Below, in pieces: positions 35,699 to 48,306 of a stretch of 64,000 nucleotides of DNA. The stretch is taken from contig MU053758.1 of NCBI GenBank assembly GCA_013239625.1, forward strand, positions 372,001 through 436,000. The letters are read 5' to 3'. Position 1 is the first letter of the stretch. Each line of letters opens with the position of its first letter. Origin of the DNA: Lama guanicoe. Lineage: Eukaryota. Position numbers and translations under genes: made by a program. Under the pieces are notes generated by a model. The model worked only from the letters and a program-made list of their open reading frames with translations, did not search any database and was not told where the DNA came from.

Positions 35699-35796
35699 CT
35701 GCAATTTCTGTCCTTGGCTCCTCCATCGGGGTTGTCCCAGTCTGCCTCTTGCAGTCTGCTGTCTCCCCTCCCTGAAATCTTGGAACACGTAAATGC
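35699..35796 (-). pseudogene. Non-functional orthologue of a human CALCOCO2 alternative cassette exon in intron 2
   Basis: Starts GCA TTT ACG TGT (AFTC), ends RWRSQGQKLQ, resembling the recalled human isoform insert AFKCFQD...KWRSQGQKLQ; acceptor is GG not AG; 98 nt, out of frame. Confidence 0.55.
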
Positions 35797-36538
35797 CCAG
35801 GTGACGGACCACGGGGCTACACACTGAAGGAAGCAAAGCTGACTCCTACCAGGCTTTGTCACTGGTGGTGGCTTTCGCTGTATGGAGAAGATGTAGTGCT
35901 GCACATTCAGAAACACCTCAGGAGCGCCTACCTGGAGGCAGGAATTACTGGCAGCGTTAGGGGAGATAAGGATTTGAGGACTGTGATGAAGACAACACTG
36001 AAGGAACCCTGGGAGCACTTTAGATAGGAAGGCCAGAACTCCACATTCAACCCTTAATTGTCTAATTCACCATCTGTTGTTCAAAGGAATTCAGCAGAAA
36101 AGGGGAAGAAAAACAGAGGTCTGGGAGTCAAACCAACTTGCTTAACCACTGGGAGATCTTGGGGAAGTCCCCATCTTGAGTATACTCATTGTATTCATCT
36201 GTGCACAAGCGGTAATACTGCTTACCCCAGGGCGCTGCTGTGCTGTCAGGATGAAATTAGGAAACACGGTCAGAGACACAGACACACAGGCACACATACA
36301 CAGACACACACACAAACTCATCAAAGACCTAGCACACTGTATATTCTCTAAAAGGTTGTGTTCTTTCCTTATCAGTCTTAAAATTTTCTTTCAGGCTTTG
36401 GGTGGTGTTCAAATCAATAGCTTTATGGATAAAGAATATCAGAGGGCATTCTCTGGACTAACCACGACAGTGGCATGGCAATACCGTTGAAATGCATGAA
36501 GTATTTCAAATATTTTTTAAAATGCTTTTAAACATTTT

Positions 36539-36670
36539 TAATTTTAATTTTGGGGGGGGGGTAATTAGGTTTTTATGTATGTATTTATTTTAATGGAGGT
36601 GCTGGGGATTGAACCCAGGACCTCACACATGCTAGGCGTGCACTCTACCACTGACCTATACCCTGCCTCC
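36539..36670 (-). mobile_element. Vic-1-type SINE (intron 2)
   Basis: Consensus match; TSD taaacattt. Confidence 0.88.
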
Positions 36671-36864
36671 TAAACATTTGTTTTTAAAGAGCGAAAGATT
36701 TTCATTTGGTTTAAAGTGAAGTCCTCACTGCAAGTTGCTAAGGGCTTGGAGATTTACAAACAATTAGTCTGAGCAAAATGGAAATATGATTGCATTGCAA
36801 AAAAAGTTAGATTACATTTCAAAACATACGTAATTTTGAATCATTCTTTTAAAATTATCTATAC

Positions 36865-37100
36865 CTGCATTGTCCAATATGCTAGCCATGAGCCACATGA
36901 GGCTACTTAAATTAAAATGAATTAAAATTAAGTAAAATTTAAAAATCAGTTACTTAGTCACACTAGCCACATTTTAAGTGCTATTAGCCACATGTGCCTA
37001 GAGGCTACTGTACTGGACAGCAAAGATGTAACTTGATCATTGAAAGTTCTACTGGCTAGTGTTGGTCATAGATAGTTCTATTGGACAGCTTTGCTATATA
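36865..37100. mobile_element. MER3/MER33-like hAT relic
   Basis: tgtccaatatgctagccatgagccacatg...ctagccacattttaagtgc...ctgtactggacagc. Confidence 0.7.
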
Positions 37101-38217
37101 CAGGGAAGAGAAAAACAACTATCATCTTTCCAAAACAGAAAACATTCTGGTATGTCAGTTTTCTGTGTTAGAACAGCTTTAGTCTAATGACTCAATCGCC
37201 TGCAGTGTCAGGAGCTGTCATGACACCTGCCAGTGTCCCTCCAGTTGTCTACTAGCCCCGCCTCTAAACACCAGCCCCGTTCCCTCCAGCTTCCATCGCT
37301 CTGCCACTTAGCTTGGAATTCCAAACAATCAAAGAAAAGGAATTCAGTGAGGGATGTGAATGTGCACCAGCTCCTTCACAGTACAGTCAAGAATGATGTC
37401 TAATTTCAGGATGAACAGCGTAGGCCAACAAGCACATGACATACTGAGGTGTCGAAACAAAGGTCACTGATGTTGGGACTCAGCATTGTAAATTACTTAA
37501 TTTGACCTTTATCTTGTCTCTGGAAATAGGGAGATTTGTCATTAGGGTGTGTGAAAGTATAAGTGTGTGAGTGTGTGTGTGTGTGATGTCAGAGACAGAG
37601 ACACAGATGCAGGGACGTGGGGAGGTAGAGAGTAAGTTGGCTATAATAAAAAAGTACCATTTCTGTACTTGAACTGACAGAGTGAGCAGACACTGGAAGA
37701 GGTCGCCAAGGGAGCCTGTAAACTTTCTGTTCTCGGAAACCTTCACAAAGAAGCAAGACACGCTTATTCAGGAACAAACTTCTTGGATGTTGAACAAGGT
37801 AGTTTTTCAACATCTTTCCAGATTTGTAATACTCATATTAAAATAAATTAAACACTGTATTAAGTAAGAAAGTGATGTTTAAATTCACAGAAATTATGTA
37901 AGGGGCCACCTATACCAGTCAAGTAAGTATTTCAAAATTGGATAATTAAAAAAAATTATATTTGGTCTATGAAAGTATAAAGCAACTTGGGGATTTTATG
38001 ATTTGCTATCTTATTTTAGCTTAAGAATGAGATTAAACTTTGAGTGCCACAGCACATGTTGGTGTGTAAAGGGGGAAATGCTAAGGAGGTTAGTTTAGGA
38101 TTTTCACATTGGCCAGATATACATGCAAAATGCTTATAATACAAGGATAGTCACACACTCAGGTAACTACGATTCACCTCTAGTTCTGAGTCACTTGGTA
38201 CTAAATTAACCACTTAC

Positions 38218-38397
38218 TCTAAAGATGCCAATCCAATCCTTTCGACGGGGAATGAAATGCTGGGTGAGGGTGTAACGACACGTGATGTCCCCTCCAGGGA
38301 CATAGAACTTCTCCACACTGTTAAAGATGACCTGAGAGAAATGACAATGGTCCAGCAAGACAGCTGATGTGGGGGGATCTTCTATTGTCTCTTCCAT
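38218..38397 (-). CDS. CALCOCO2: CALCOCO2/NDP52 exon 2, first coding exon (aa 1-60, start of SKICH domain)
   Basis: Acceptor CAG at 38410-38408, Kozak ccaccATGG; MEETIEDPPTSAVLLDHCHFSQVIFNSVEKFYVPGGDITCRYTLTQHFIPRRKDWIGIFR matches the NDP52 N-terminus; donor AGA|GTAAGT; 180 nt. Confidence 0.97.
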
Positions 38398-39133
38398 GGT
38401 GGGGGTCCTGTTATGAGACATGGGATACAGTAAGGCTCAAGGATTGTCCGAAATACTGGACATTTCTGGGCTCTCACCCAGAGAACATTCCATTCAGGGT
38501 AAGTCAGGAAAAGCCAAAGCCTGGTAAGTACTGAGATCACACAACTTGCTTTCTGTTTCACTATGAGCCATTTTGCATTCATAGCTTCCTATTCTATAAG
38601 CATCTTCTGAGACGATCTCTGACATATTCACCACAGGCACCACCACCACCCTCACATACCCTGATCCTCTGCTCATAGCTAGTTTGCCTCCCTTTTTCTA
38701 GTGCCTTAAATAAGTAAGGCAGCCCAGAGGTAAATGGCCTGAGCTGGGAACTGTAAGACCTAGATTCTAGATTTTTCATCCCAACAAGCCTTGTGACTTT
38801 TGGAATGTCAAGTTCTCTATAGAGTTCAGCCTCTCCGTTCAATTCCATCTATCCTATAATTATCTGGTCCTTCCATATATTACGGCACTCTGCTAGGAGG
38901 TGGGGATGGGTGCAGAAAGGGAGATCAAGATGTGAGGAGATTCTTGACTTGCAGGGGTGACAAGCACAGGTTCTGAAATCAAAATGCTGGAGTTCAAATT
39001 CTAGCTTCAACACCTGTTAAATGCACGACCTTGGGTAATTTACTTAACTGGGCTCTGTGCATGTTTCCTCATCTGTAAAATGTGACTAATAACATCTACC
39101 TCATTTGTTTTTTTGTGAGCATTAACTGAAATC

Positions 39134-39617
39134 TAGCATAACTCAGAGATATGTAGGTTCAGTTACAGACCACCTCAGTAAAACAAATATCTCAATAAAG
39201 CAAATTACATAAGTTTTTTGGTTTCCTAGTGCACATAAAAATTACGTTCACACTATACTATAGTCTACTAAGTGTGCAATAGCGTTATGTCTAAAAAAAG
39301 TACATACCTTAATTAAAAACACTTTATTGCTAACAAATGCTAAAACAATGACAATAGTAAAACATCAAAGATCACTGATCACAGATCACCATAACAAATA
39401 TAATAATAATGAAAAAGTGTGAAATACTGTGAGAATTACCATGAATTCTTCATTATTATTCGCATTATTATGTGAGAATTATTCATGAGTGACATGAAGT
39501 GAGCAAATGCTATGAGAAAAATGGCACCAACAGACTTGCTCAATGTAGGGTTGCCACAAACTTTCAATTTATAAAAAATACAGTACCTATGAAGTGCAAT
39601 AAAATGAGGCATGCCTG
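39134..39617 (-). mobile_element. Internally deleted Tigger1-like DNA transposon
   Basis: Ends ...gcataactcagagatatg and gcaataaaatgaggcatgcctg form Tigger-type terminal inverted repeats; inserted in a MIR. Confidence 0.75.
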
Positions 39618-42600
39618 CAATGTACAGTGTCCAGTCCTTAAATCAGTACTTGCCATAGAGTAGGCAATTCACACAAAGTCAAGTCATGCTGATGACAGAA
39701 TAAAGTACTTGCACAAAGTCTGCATAAAGAAAGGGTTTAACAGATGTTAGTGATTATTACTTATTGTTTTTTTTTTTTCTTTTCTGGCACTGTCTTTGCC
39801 TTCAAAAGGGTCCCAGTCCAACATGGAGGTTAGATGAGAATTTTAGTGACTGCCAAATGTTTGGAATAAGTGTAAACTGCTATTGGGTTCAAAAGAGGGA
39901 GAGATGCATGCATCTGGTTAGAGGAATGAAGAAAAGCTATGAGGAGTGAGTAGAATCCAAGATAAACCCTTGAGGAAGATTAGGATTTTGATAGTGGGTT
40001 TGGGGGTGAGGAAATTCCAGATGAATGAAACAACATGCATAAAAGCAAAGAAACAGAAAAATGCAGCCCATGTTCGGAGGACTGCAAGCAAGTTTGGATC
40101 CCTATCTGTAAAATCTGTATTTCACCTTTCTAGGTCATAGTTCAGACAAAATGTGACCAAAGGTAGGGGAACTATTTGGGAGGTAAAAACAATACATAAA
40201 AGAAACAAAGTCTTTCAAACTGTTGGGACCTGACACTTCCTGCCCCTCAAAAGTAACATGCCTTGTCTTGGAAATGCCTCCCTCGTCTAACATTGAGTGA
40301 ATCTGTTTCTCAATCCAGTTTTACCAGGAAATGAAAACAATATTGCAACTCTATACCAGATGAAGGAAGAGCTGTACATATGCAAACACTACACGGTACC
40401 TTACAAATTCAGCTGCTGGAAATGCTGGAAGACTGCACACACACACACAAACACACACAATTAAAAATACAGTCAGTGCAATAACCCCAAAACACAGTAG
40501 CTCTTCTAGCTCTGCCCCAACCCCCTTATTTCCTGGTTTTATTTTGAACTCTAAGCAACCGTTCCTCTTCTTCCAACTTGCACAGAAGACAAATTTTTCA
40601 CAGAGAAGGCAAGGGGACTTTGAGGCACTGAACTCTCTGTTCTTGGGCTTGAGCTAAGGAACTGAGAAATGTATTGGCTTTCTGGTCTGTGACACAGTTT
40701 AGCCACATCCTCAACCTCAAACCTCAGATCCGTGTTTCTGAGGAAGGGAGAGGTCACATTCCACTCTAGGCCAGGACTTGTTCCTCATGATAAGCTGTTG
40801 CCTGCTGATCTGTGGGATGCTGTGGGAGCGTGGGCAGGGACGTTTCTCAGCTTGCAGACGCCTGTCTTTCCTAGCGGTCTTCAGTCACACTGAGGCCGGC
40901 ACAGCTTCTCTGTCCTACGCCTCAAGCACCATTAATCTGGGTGTGTAAACTGACTTAATCTGTCCTTTGACTATGGATCATGAGAACACTAGTAAGAGTG
41001 ACTTCAGGGCCTGTTTCTTAATTAACCTAAGTACCATACTCCCTGTTCTTTTCCTTCAGAACACGACCACCACTATATATACCACATAATGCCTGGCCCA
41101 TAGTAGTGGCTGGTTAAGTATTCACTGAATAAATGAGTTAATAAGATATGCATGCAATTCATCAAAAAGTGAAAGGAAAGGGCCTTATAGGTAAACAATG
41201 GTGTGAATGATGCTGGGGCTAATATTTTTAGCCCTGCTCTTAATTTGTTGGATAAATCAGGAGAAGCTGCTGTTTCTTGGCTTTCTCTTTTCTAAAGCAG
41301 GGTGAGGCGATGATAATCTCCAAGTGCTATGTCAGTTCTTGGTACGGCTAGTTCAGCTGGCAGAGCTGGTTCATGTAGCATGGTGCTAAACAAAAGGCAT
41401 AGATTTGATCTCCTCAAGGACCCATAAAATTCACACTCCATTGCCCATATTTCACACACTCAAACTCTGGCAAGCTGTTTTGCAAACTGTATGCTACGCT
41501 GAAAGGCAAGACCAGCTAAGGGTAGGGGAGCTTGGTCCAGCCTCTCTTTATTTTCTAGAAAAACAATCTATAAGTTGGCTCCTGAACAGAACACTGAAGA
41601 AAGGACAGCATATATACACAAAATGACAAGAAAGAGCTCATGTTCTGAGCCTTGAGTGTATAGTCCATGGAAATTTGATCTTCATTTATCTGAAAACTTA
41701 ATTATCTACCTGGGAAAGTTAGATGCTTATCAAAAATTTAAGAGACTCCATGAAGTTTCCCATTTCAGAGATCTCATCACTTCCCAGAAGGATTCAGAGG
41801 GCACCTGGTGGCACTCTGGGTATTCAGAACTCAATCATTTTTGAAATTAAAAAAACTCTCCTCTGCCAAGACCAGGGAAGGGTTTGAGGAGGGAGGCTGA
41901 GGAGAACAGCAGTGGCTTCTCTTCTCTGCTTCTTACCAAAACTCAGGACAGAAAAGGTCATGGGGAAACCTCCAACATAACTATAGCAATCTGAACTGGG
42001 TCAGTGAGGAGGTACTTCCTTCAGCTTTTCCTAGAAGGAAGGTATCTACTGATTTTTAAGGTCAGTGATCCTTAAAGCTTGTCCTCCCTCCCAGTGATAA
42101 AATTCCCTGGGAGAAGGAGGCTCCAACAATGGCTTGGGAAATTGCCTTTCTGACAAAGCAGTTTATAAATGTCTGTTGTGGGGGGGAAGGGGGGCAGGAC
42201 GGATGTGGAAGGAAAATTAGAATGATTTAAGCATCAACTTCCCTTTCCTTGAACCACTCTTCCCATTACAGAACCTGTCCATCATCCACTTCTAATTCTG
42301 GCAACATCCATAGAGGCAAGGAAGAGAGAAGAAATATAAGAAGAGCAAAAGTTAAATTTAGAAGCTGAGAGAGTTACTGAGTCATGAAAAAGCAGTGGGA
42401 TGAATTGGCTCCCTAGAAATCACAGAATAGTATTCCACCTAATTCCTTACTCCTATCCTCAGGTCAAAGACTGGCCACAGAAGGAGTGGCCAGAGAAAAC
42501 AAACACAGATTTTTAAAAACAAACCATCAAGCATGGGAAAGGAATGCAGAGATTCCACAGACTGTCAAAGGCCATTTACTCCTCTTCCAAAATTATTAGG

Positions 42601-44669
42601 GTCCTCAGAGGAGGCAGGCGATAATAGGCAACGTATTTTAAAATGAGTTCCCTGAACTGGCTCCTGGCTTCTAAGAAAACATGACATATTTTCATCTAAT
42701 GAGCTTTTCAAGTCTAATATACTACTCCCAGGACTGTTCCATGGGAGCGTAGATTCTCTTAGAAGAAAAGGAACAAACAGCCAGTTCTAATTCTGCTCTT
42801 TGTTGAATGAATCTGCAAACTACACTGATACACTTTTTAGCAGAAAAACTGAAAAATGTTCTTAAGCTTCCTGGTTCAGATCCTAACAATGCAAATATTC
42901 AACCAAAGTGACTCACCAATTTTCCTAAAGATTTTCCCTCATGTATGCTGAACCACGAGGAAGGAATAACCTTATAAAAAATAAAATTCTACCATAAAGA
43001 ATGTCCAATAGTTTTACATTAGCCTTTTATACCAGTGGGCATATGTTTCAAGAGAAATGAAGACTATAGACAGTTGGTATCAGTTCACAGAAGGAAACCA
43101 AATGCTCAGCCAAGAGAGAGAAGCAAATCAGTTCTTCATTTGGGAACGGTGAAAAAGATAAGTAAAAACTAAACCCACATTCAATCTAATTCCTTCATCC
43201 TTCTGCTTACTTAACTTTCTAAACTATTAGCAGTTAGCAAAATGGATGAACTGATTTGAATCCCACTCCTCCCTGGCCCTGGAAGAGATGCTCCCCCAGA
43301 ACTACCCTTCAGAGAACACTGACAATCAATACTATGGATATGTAGATGGTCCTGAGATGGGAAGCAAAAGCAATGACACAATGTCACTCGTCCTCAAATT
43401 ATCAGAGCCACTCAATCTAATCCAAATTTTTCAAATTCATTCTAGTTCGTAAAATCTTTCAGAGTGCCTTAGATAAATTTTATACCCCCAGGAGACCTTC
43501 CATACCACTCGTTAGCAACTGTTTGGATTAGCTGCCCAGCTTGTTCCAAGCAGCCTTCATCCCACCACATCCCACACCACCACAGGGCCAACAGTACTAA
43601 GGAAGGGCAGAAAAATAGTTCTGGGACATGAGATGCAGCAACCAGCAGGAGCTGTGTGAAAAGCTCAAAACTGTGTACTCAATCTTCATTTTATTCCATT
43701 TTGCTCTACTGAGATTTTATACTTTTTCCATGAGAGAGTTAACTCTTGAAGCGACATGGATAGTGACAGTGTTCGAAGCACAGTGGAAAGGGGACTAGGC
43801 TTGGAGCCAAGGGACCTGGGTACCTGTCTTAGTTCTGTTGCTAACTAGCTCTGAGGTCTCTGCCAAGTCACACTGCCTCCGTTTAGATCTGTTTCCTCAT
43901 CAGTAAAATGCATGGATCAGGCTTGAAAATCTCTAAGAAACTTTCCAGCTATAAGATCCCAAGTGAAGGAAAAAGGAAGTGAAAGCATTTCTTTTCATCT
44001 AAGAAAATGAGAAACCATGGTATTATATTAATAAGCACAGCCAAAAATTTTAAAGAGCCCTGTTTTGTACTGACTCCAAAGACAACATGACTTGTTAGTG
44101 CTACATAACTCTTACTGACTACCTTTCTCAGGGTTCTTTCCACTCCACAGCTGTCATGTCTGCAAAAGTGTAGAGTTTCAGGTAGTAGCTCTCTCAAAAT
44201 ACCTGAAAGCGAGTCACCTGGATATTCCTTAAACATCTGCTCTACATAATCTACAAAGACCTACTACATTTAAAGCCCTTCACTTTAAACGGTTTTTGCA
44301 ATAGTGAGTATGTTATAATATATAGCATCCGTATTATTCTACTCAGCACCAATCATGGCCACCTGTTGGCTGCTGACATCAGGAGCAAAGAATCCAAGTG
44401 GCAGAAAAAAGTTAACATGCTCAGGAGGAGTTGAAATCATGAGAGTAGGGACATTAGCCCCCTCCTCCCAAACATTGTGCTGATGGTGGCGGTGGGGAGG
44501 GGCTAAGGGAGACCAACGGTAAAGAAGCAGGTCACTACATTCAGCAGCTTTCTTTGTCTAGAACATCTCCCCCAATTAGAGACGGCCTCTACTCAAGGAA
44601 AGGGGCTTCAGGGATCATCAAGACAGGGAAACTGAGGTCCAAAGAGAAAGTAACTTGCCTAGGGTGACT

Positions 44670-45260
44670 GGGCGCTCTGCTTCCCGCCTCGGCCTGGAAG
44701 CAGACAGCGATGACGTCAAGCACAGGGATTAAGGAAGCAGCACGACCTCGGACCGCGAGAGGGGGCATGAGGCGTGACGTCAAGACACTCATCGCCCCAG
44801 GAGCCTTCCACCCGAGCCCTGGCACTGAAGCCTTGCCCTCCTCGAGAGAAAACTGCCCTCAGTCCTCCGCGGCCGGGGAGGGGGCTCCCGGGGCTCCATG
44901 ACGCCACTCCCACTTACTGTCACCCTAGAAAGATGGAAGGGGATGAAAACCGAAACCGGCCGCACCTCCAACCGTCCATGGTCCTTTCTCAGGACGTGAA
45001 ATGTGAAGTCGGAGAACCCGACGGCCCAACTGTCCCTAACTGCCCGCCTTCACTCCAGGACTCACCGGGGGACTGCAGCCGGCGGCGGCGCAACGGCAAC
45101 AGGGCGGAGAAGGGGACAGGGGCGGGGCGAAAAACCCAACGGGGAAGCTGTACCGTTTGGCCCCGCCCACCAGGTCATAACGGCCAGCAAGCCCCGCCCT
45201 CACCGCGGTGCTTGTAGGGACACGTAGTGCACAGCTGACTGGGACCCGGCGTTGTTACGC
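44670..45260. promoter_or_regulatory. CALCOCO2 CpG-island promoter with GC boxes and two full CRE sites
   Basis: High GC/CpG; GGGGCGGGGC at ~45119-45128, CCCCGCCC at ~45161 and ~45192; TGACGTCA at 44711-44718 and 44775-44782. Confidence 0.85.
45066..45130 (-). other. CALCOCO2: CALCOCO2 exon 1 (non-coding 5' UTR; 5' end approximate)
   Basis: In CpG island; strong minus-strand donor CCG|GTGAGT (GT at 45065-45064); exon 2 has only 10 nt of UTR before ATG, so an upstream non-coding exon is needed. TSS not determinable from sequence. Confidence 0.7.
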
Positions 45261-45621
45261 TGCTCTTTAGGGTTTCCCCCAGTCTGGAGCAGCGGTCACA
45301 TCCAAAGGAGCCTATTTCTTACCTTTGAACGAGCCGTTTATTTACGTTTTGGTTTTCTAAAAAAATCCTGTATTTTTTTCAGTCCTGAAGGAGAAAGCTC
45401 CATACTTTTGAAGGGCCGTTGAGAGGTCATCTTTATTTTTCTCCTGCCTCCACGTAACACTTCACTAAGTATCATAAATGAGAATCCCTTTTGCATTTAA
45501 TCATGCCTCCCACTTGCGCTCTCCAGCAATCTCCCTGGATGCCCCAGTTTTTGTGTTTTATCATTCCCCTTCTAAAAAGAAATTATTCTTTAGTCTTAAT
45601 TCTGTCTAAGTAGTGCTCTTT

Positions 45622-45756
45622 CTGTTTTGTTTTATTTTTTCGGGAGGGTAATTAGGTCTTTTAATTTACTTATCTCTTGGTGGAGGTACTGGGATTTGAA
45701 CCCACGACCTTGTGCATGCTAGGTAAGCACTCTACCACTGAGCTATACCCTCCCCC
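45622..45756 (-). mobile_element. Vic-1-type SINE upstream of the CALCOCO2 promoter
   Basis: Consensus match; TSD agtagtg. Confidence 0.88.
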
Positions 45757-45759
45757 AGT

Positions 45760-46065
45760 AGTGGGCTTCCTAATGGAGTAAGAATAAACTCAGCAAGAAT
45801 TCTGCTGAGTTAGTTTAGAGAAAATTCCCCATCCTTGATATCTGATCAAACACTGACCTGCCTTCAGCAAGAATCCTGTGTTGCTTTAGCAACAATCCCC
45901 CAACCTGTGATATCTCCTCTCAGTGATTTTTCCAGCCACTTGTCCTCATTGTATTTGAAGTTGAGTGCAGTCTCTCTCCCCTGTTGTAACGTCCCTACTG
46001 CAATAATCCTGGATCAAGTCTGTCATACTGTTTTAACAAGTGTCAGAATAATTATTTCTTAATAT
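45760..46065 (+). mobile_element. ERV1-type solo LTR (MER31/MER67-like)
   Basis: gccttcagcaagaatcctg...tctctctcccctgttg...ttttaacaagtgtcagaataattatttc. Confidence 0.55.
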
Positions 46066-47455
46066 TGCATGTGCTATCTATGGACGATTAAATTCAGAAG
46101 TGTCCCTTCTCCAAGAGGTAGCATCTGTCTCAATCTGGAAAGAAAATTTTCCATGCCATCTAACCAGGGAATTTTTGCCCCCAAGGCCACTTGAGGTTTC
46201 AGGCAGGAGAATGAACATTCTTAATTCTGCCTTCTCACAAGACTGGTTGCACTCTGCTGAGATAAAGGTTAGTGGGAAAAAATGAGTAAACTTAGGAGTG
46301 GGGCTTCTGTTGAAAGTTCATCTCACTTTCTGAGTTAATAAAATAATATGCTTCCATTTTAAACTCAGTCTACAGGGATAAGTGACTTCAAAATCCTGGA
46401 AATATTTCCATTAATTTTACTTTTTAGCTTTTTAAAAAGCACGAGAACTGACACCTCCTACACACACACAGTTTACTGTCTACACAAACATGACAACTAT
46501 TAACACTCTTGCCTGGAAGTTAAAAATGCAAATAAACCCATTACTCATTTTAGGAACTTCCTGAAAGAACCATCAACTCTTCAATAGAAAGCATTGCTGA
46601 CAGTTCTGTACACTCCAAGACTCTTAGAACCCTTGGCCTCAAAATCCTTGCTTTGCTGTGTCCTCCAATCCTAAACTTTATATCATGACCCTTGCCCAAT
46701 TCTAACCAACTCCTGCTTCCACATTGAAAGACACCCCTGCACCCAACCATTCGTTCTTCGGATTGTCAGTTGTCCTACCACCTCTGGGCTAGTACTACAG
46801 CTCTGCCAAGGTGGTATTCTTCCTCACTGCAATAAGAATAAACTCAGTTATGTCTTATCAACAGGGTGTTTTGTTGATGTGTTGGGGAGCTTAATTTGAC
46901 TACATAGAATGAAATAAAAAAGATTAATCAGTGTGACTTCTTTCCAATAGAAGTGTCAAGGGAAGGCTGCAAGTACAACTTTTTATAACTGGATATTGAA
47001 GAAATAGGAATTGATATTTAGACCTACAGAGAAAATCTTCTACTTCTGTCTTTAACTGGTAGGTATGGAGGCAAACAGAGACTGGGGCTTGAGGTAGTTA
47101 CCCTCTGTCTGATATAGTGGGTTATCTCATTTAATCGTTATAAAAGGAGCACCTTTATTATCCCCATTTTACAGATGAGAAAATGGAGGCTTAGAGACAA
47201 AGTTACCTGCCAACCTCACACAGCTACTAAGTGCCATTAGAAGGCTTTGAGCCCAGCATATTGACTCAGGTGCACTGTTAATCATTGTACTCAACTACAC
47301 TTTTCATGAGAGTTCAGTAATCTAAAAGGGAAGACAGATACATGAATGAGTATAATACCACATGATATTGGCTTTAGAAGAGGAATTGAGATGTTGCTAA
47401 GATAGGACAGAATTAATTTCTCCTTGGGGCAAGAAGGAAGGTTTCATAGAAGAGG

Positions 47456-47872
47456 TGTTAAAGAAAAAATTATTTTGAAGCCTGTTAAAATGGTAAGGAA
47501 GACTTTATTTGGGACTAATGCTATAGGAACATTACACCAGGGGAGAGAGATATGTGCTCAACTCCAAATATAATAAGCAACTGGGAATTTACAGCCATCA
47601 AGCAAAGTGAGGGGGTTAGTGGATGGAAAGTTACTAAGAGAAGAAATCAAGGGTAAGGGGAGATTCTTACCAAATGGACTTAATAGGATTCTTGTTGAGA
47701 TCAGGCTAGGGACTGATCAAATACCAAGGGTGCAAAATCCTCTCTAAACTGATTTAGGATTTTTGCTAAAACTGGACTTAGCAAGGACAGATACAGAAAC
47801 CCAAGTTTGAGGCTTAATAGAGAATAGGGCTCAGAGGAGCCTAACTAGAGTTTGATCAAAGAGTCTTTGTCA
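47456..47872 (-). mobile_element. ERV1-type solo LTR (MER67-like)
   Basis: Minus strand ends aataaagtcttccttaccattttaacaggcttcaaaataattttttctttaaCA. Confidence 0.6.
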
Positions 47873-48267
47873 GACACTTGACTTTTTTTTTTTTTGGAAT
47901 AAGCATGGCAAGCAGAAAAAGGAATGGGAGAGAAATCTGAGATGGAGGGAGGGAGTGGTCATCTACAGCAGTGCTGTTTCAGAGAATTCTCTGCGGTGAT
48001 GGAAATGTTTGGTATCTGTACTATCTGACCCAGTAGCCACTAACCACATGTGGGTATTGAGCATCTGCAATGTGGGTACTACAACTAGGAACTGGATTTC
48101 TATTTAGTGTAAATTTAACTAGGTCTATGTGATCACTGTCCTGGCCAGTGCAGAGCTGCAGCATCAGGTGACAGGGGTGTGGACTATGGGAAGGAGATGT
48201 AGGAGGCAGCCCCAGAGAAGGTGCCCAAGTGGCTGTTGTTACCTTCACCTGTGCCGTCAGCTCCAGC

Positions 48268-48306
48268 CCTGCCCAGTCCTGCCCAGTCCTGCCCAGTCCT
48301 GCCCAG
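48268..48306 (+). repeat. 10-bp tandem repeat (cctgcccagt) x ~4
   Basis: Seen directly. Confidence 0.9.

Noticed and set aside
38398..38421. N-terminal extension MSHNRTPT from the ORF track
   Set aside because: That ATG lies in intron 1, upstream of the exon 2 acceptor at 38410-38408; the real start is the Kozak ATG at 38397.
44911..44917. Second minus-strand donor (GTAAGTG) as an alternative exon 1 end
   Set aside because: Plausible motif, but nothing else in the sequence supports it without transcript data.
44774..45217. 147-aa antisense ORF over the CALCOCO2 promoter
   Set aside because: Stop-poor CpG-island sequence, non-ATG start, no homology recognised.
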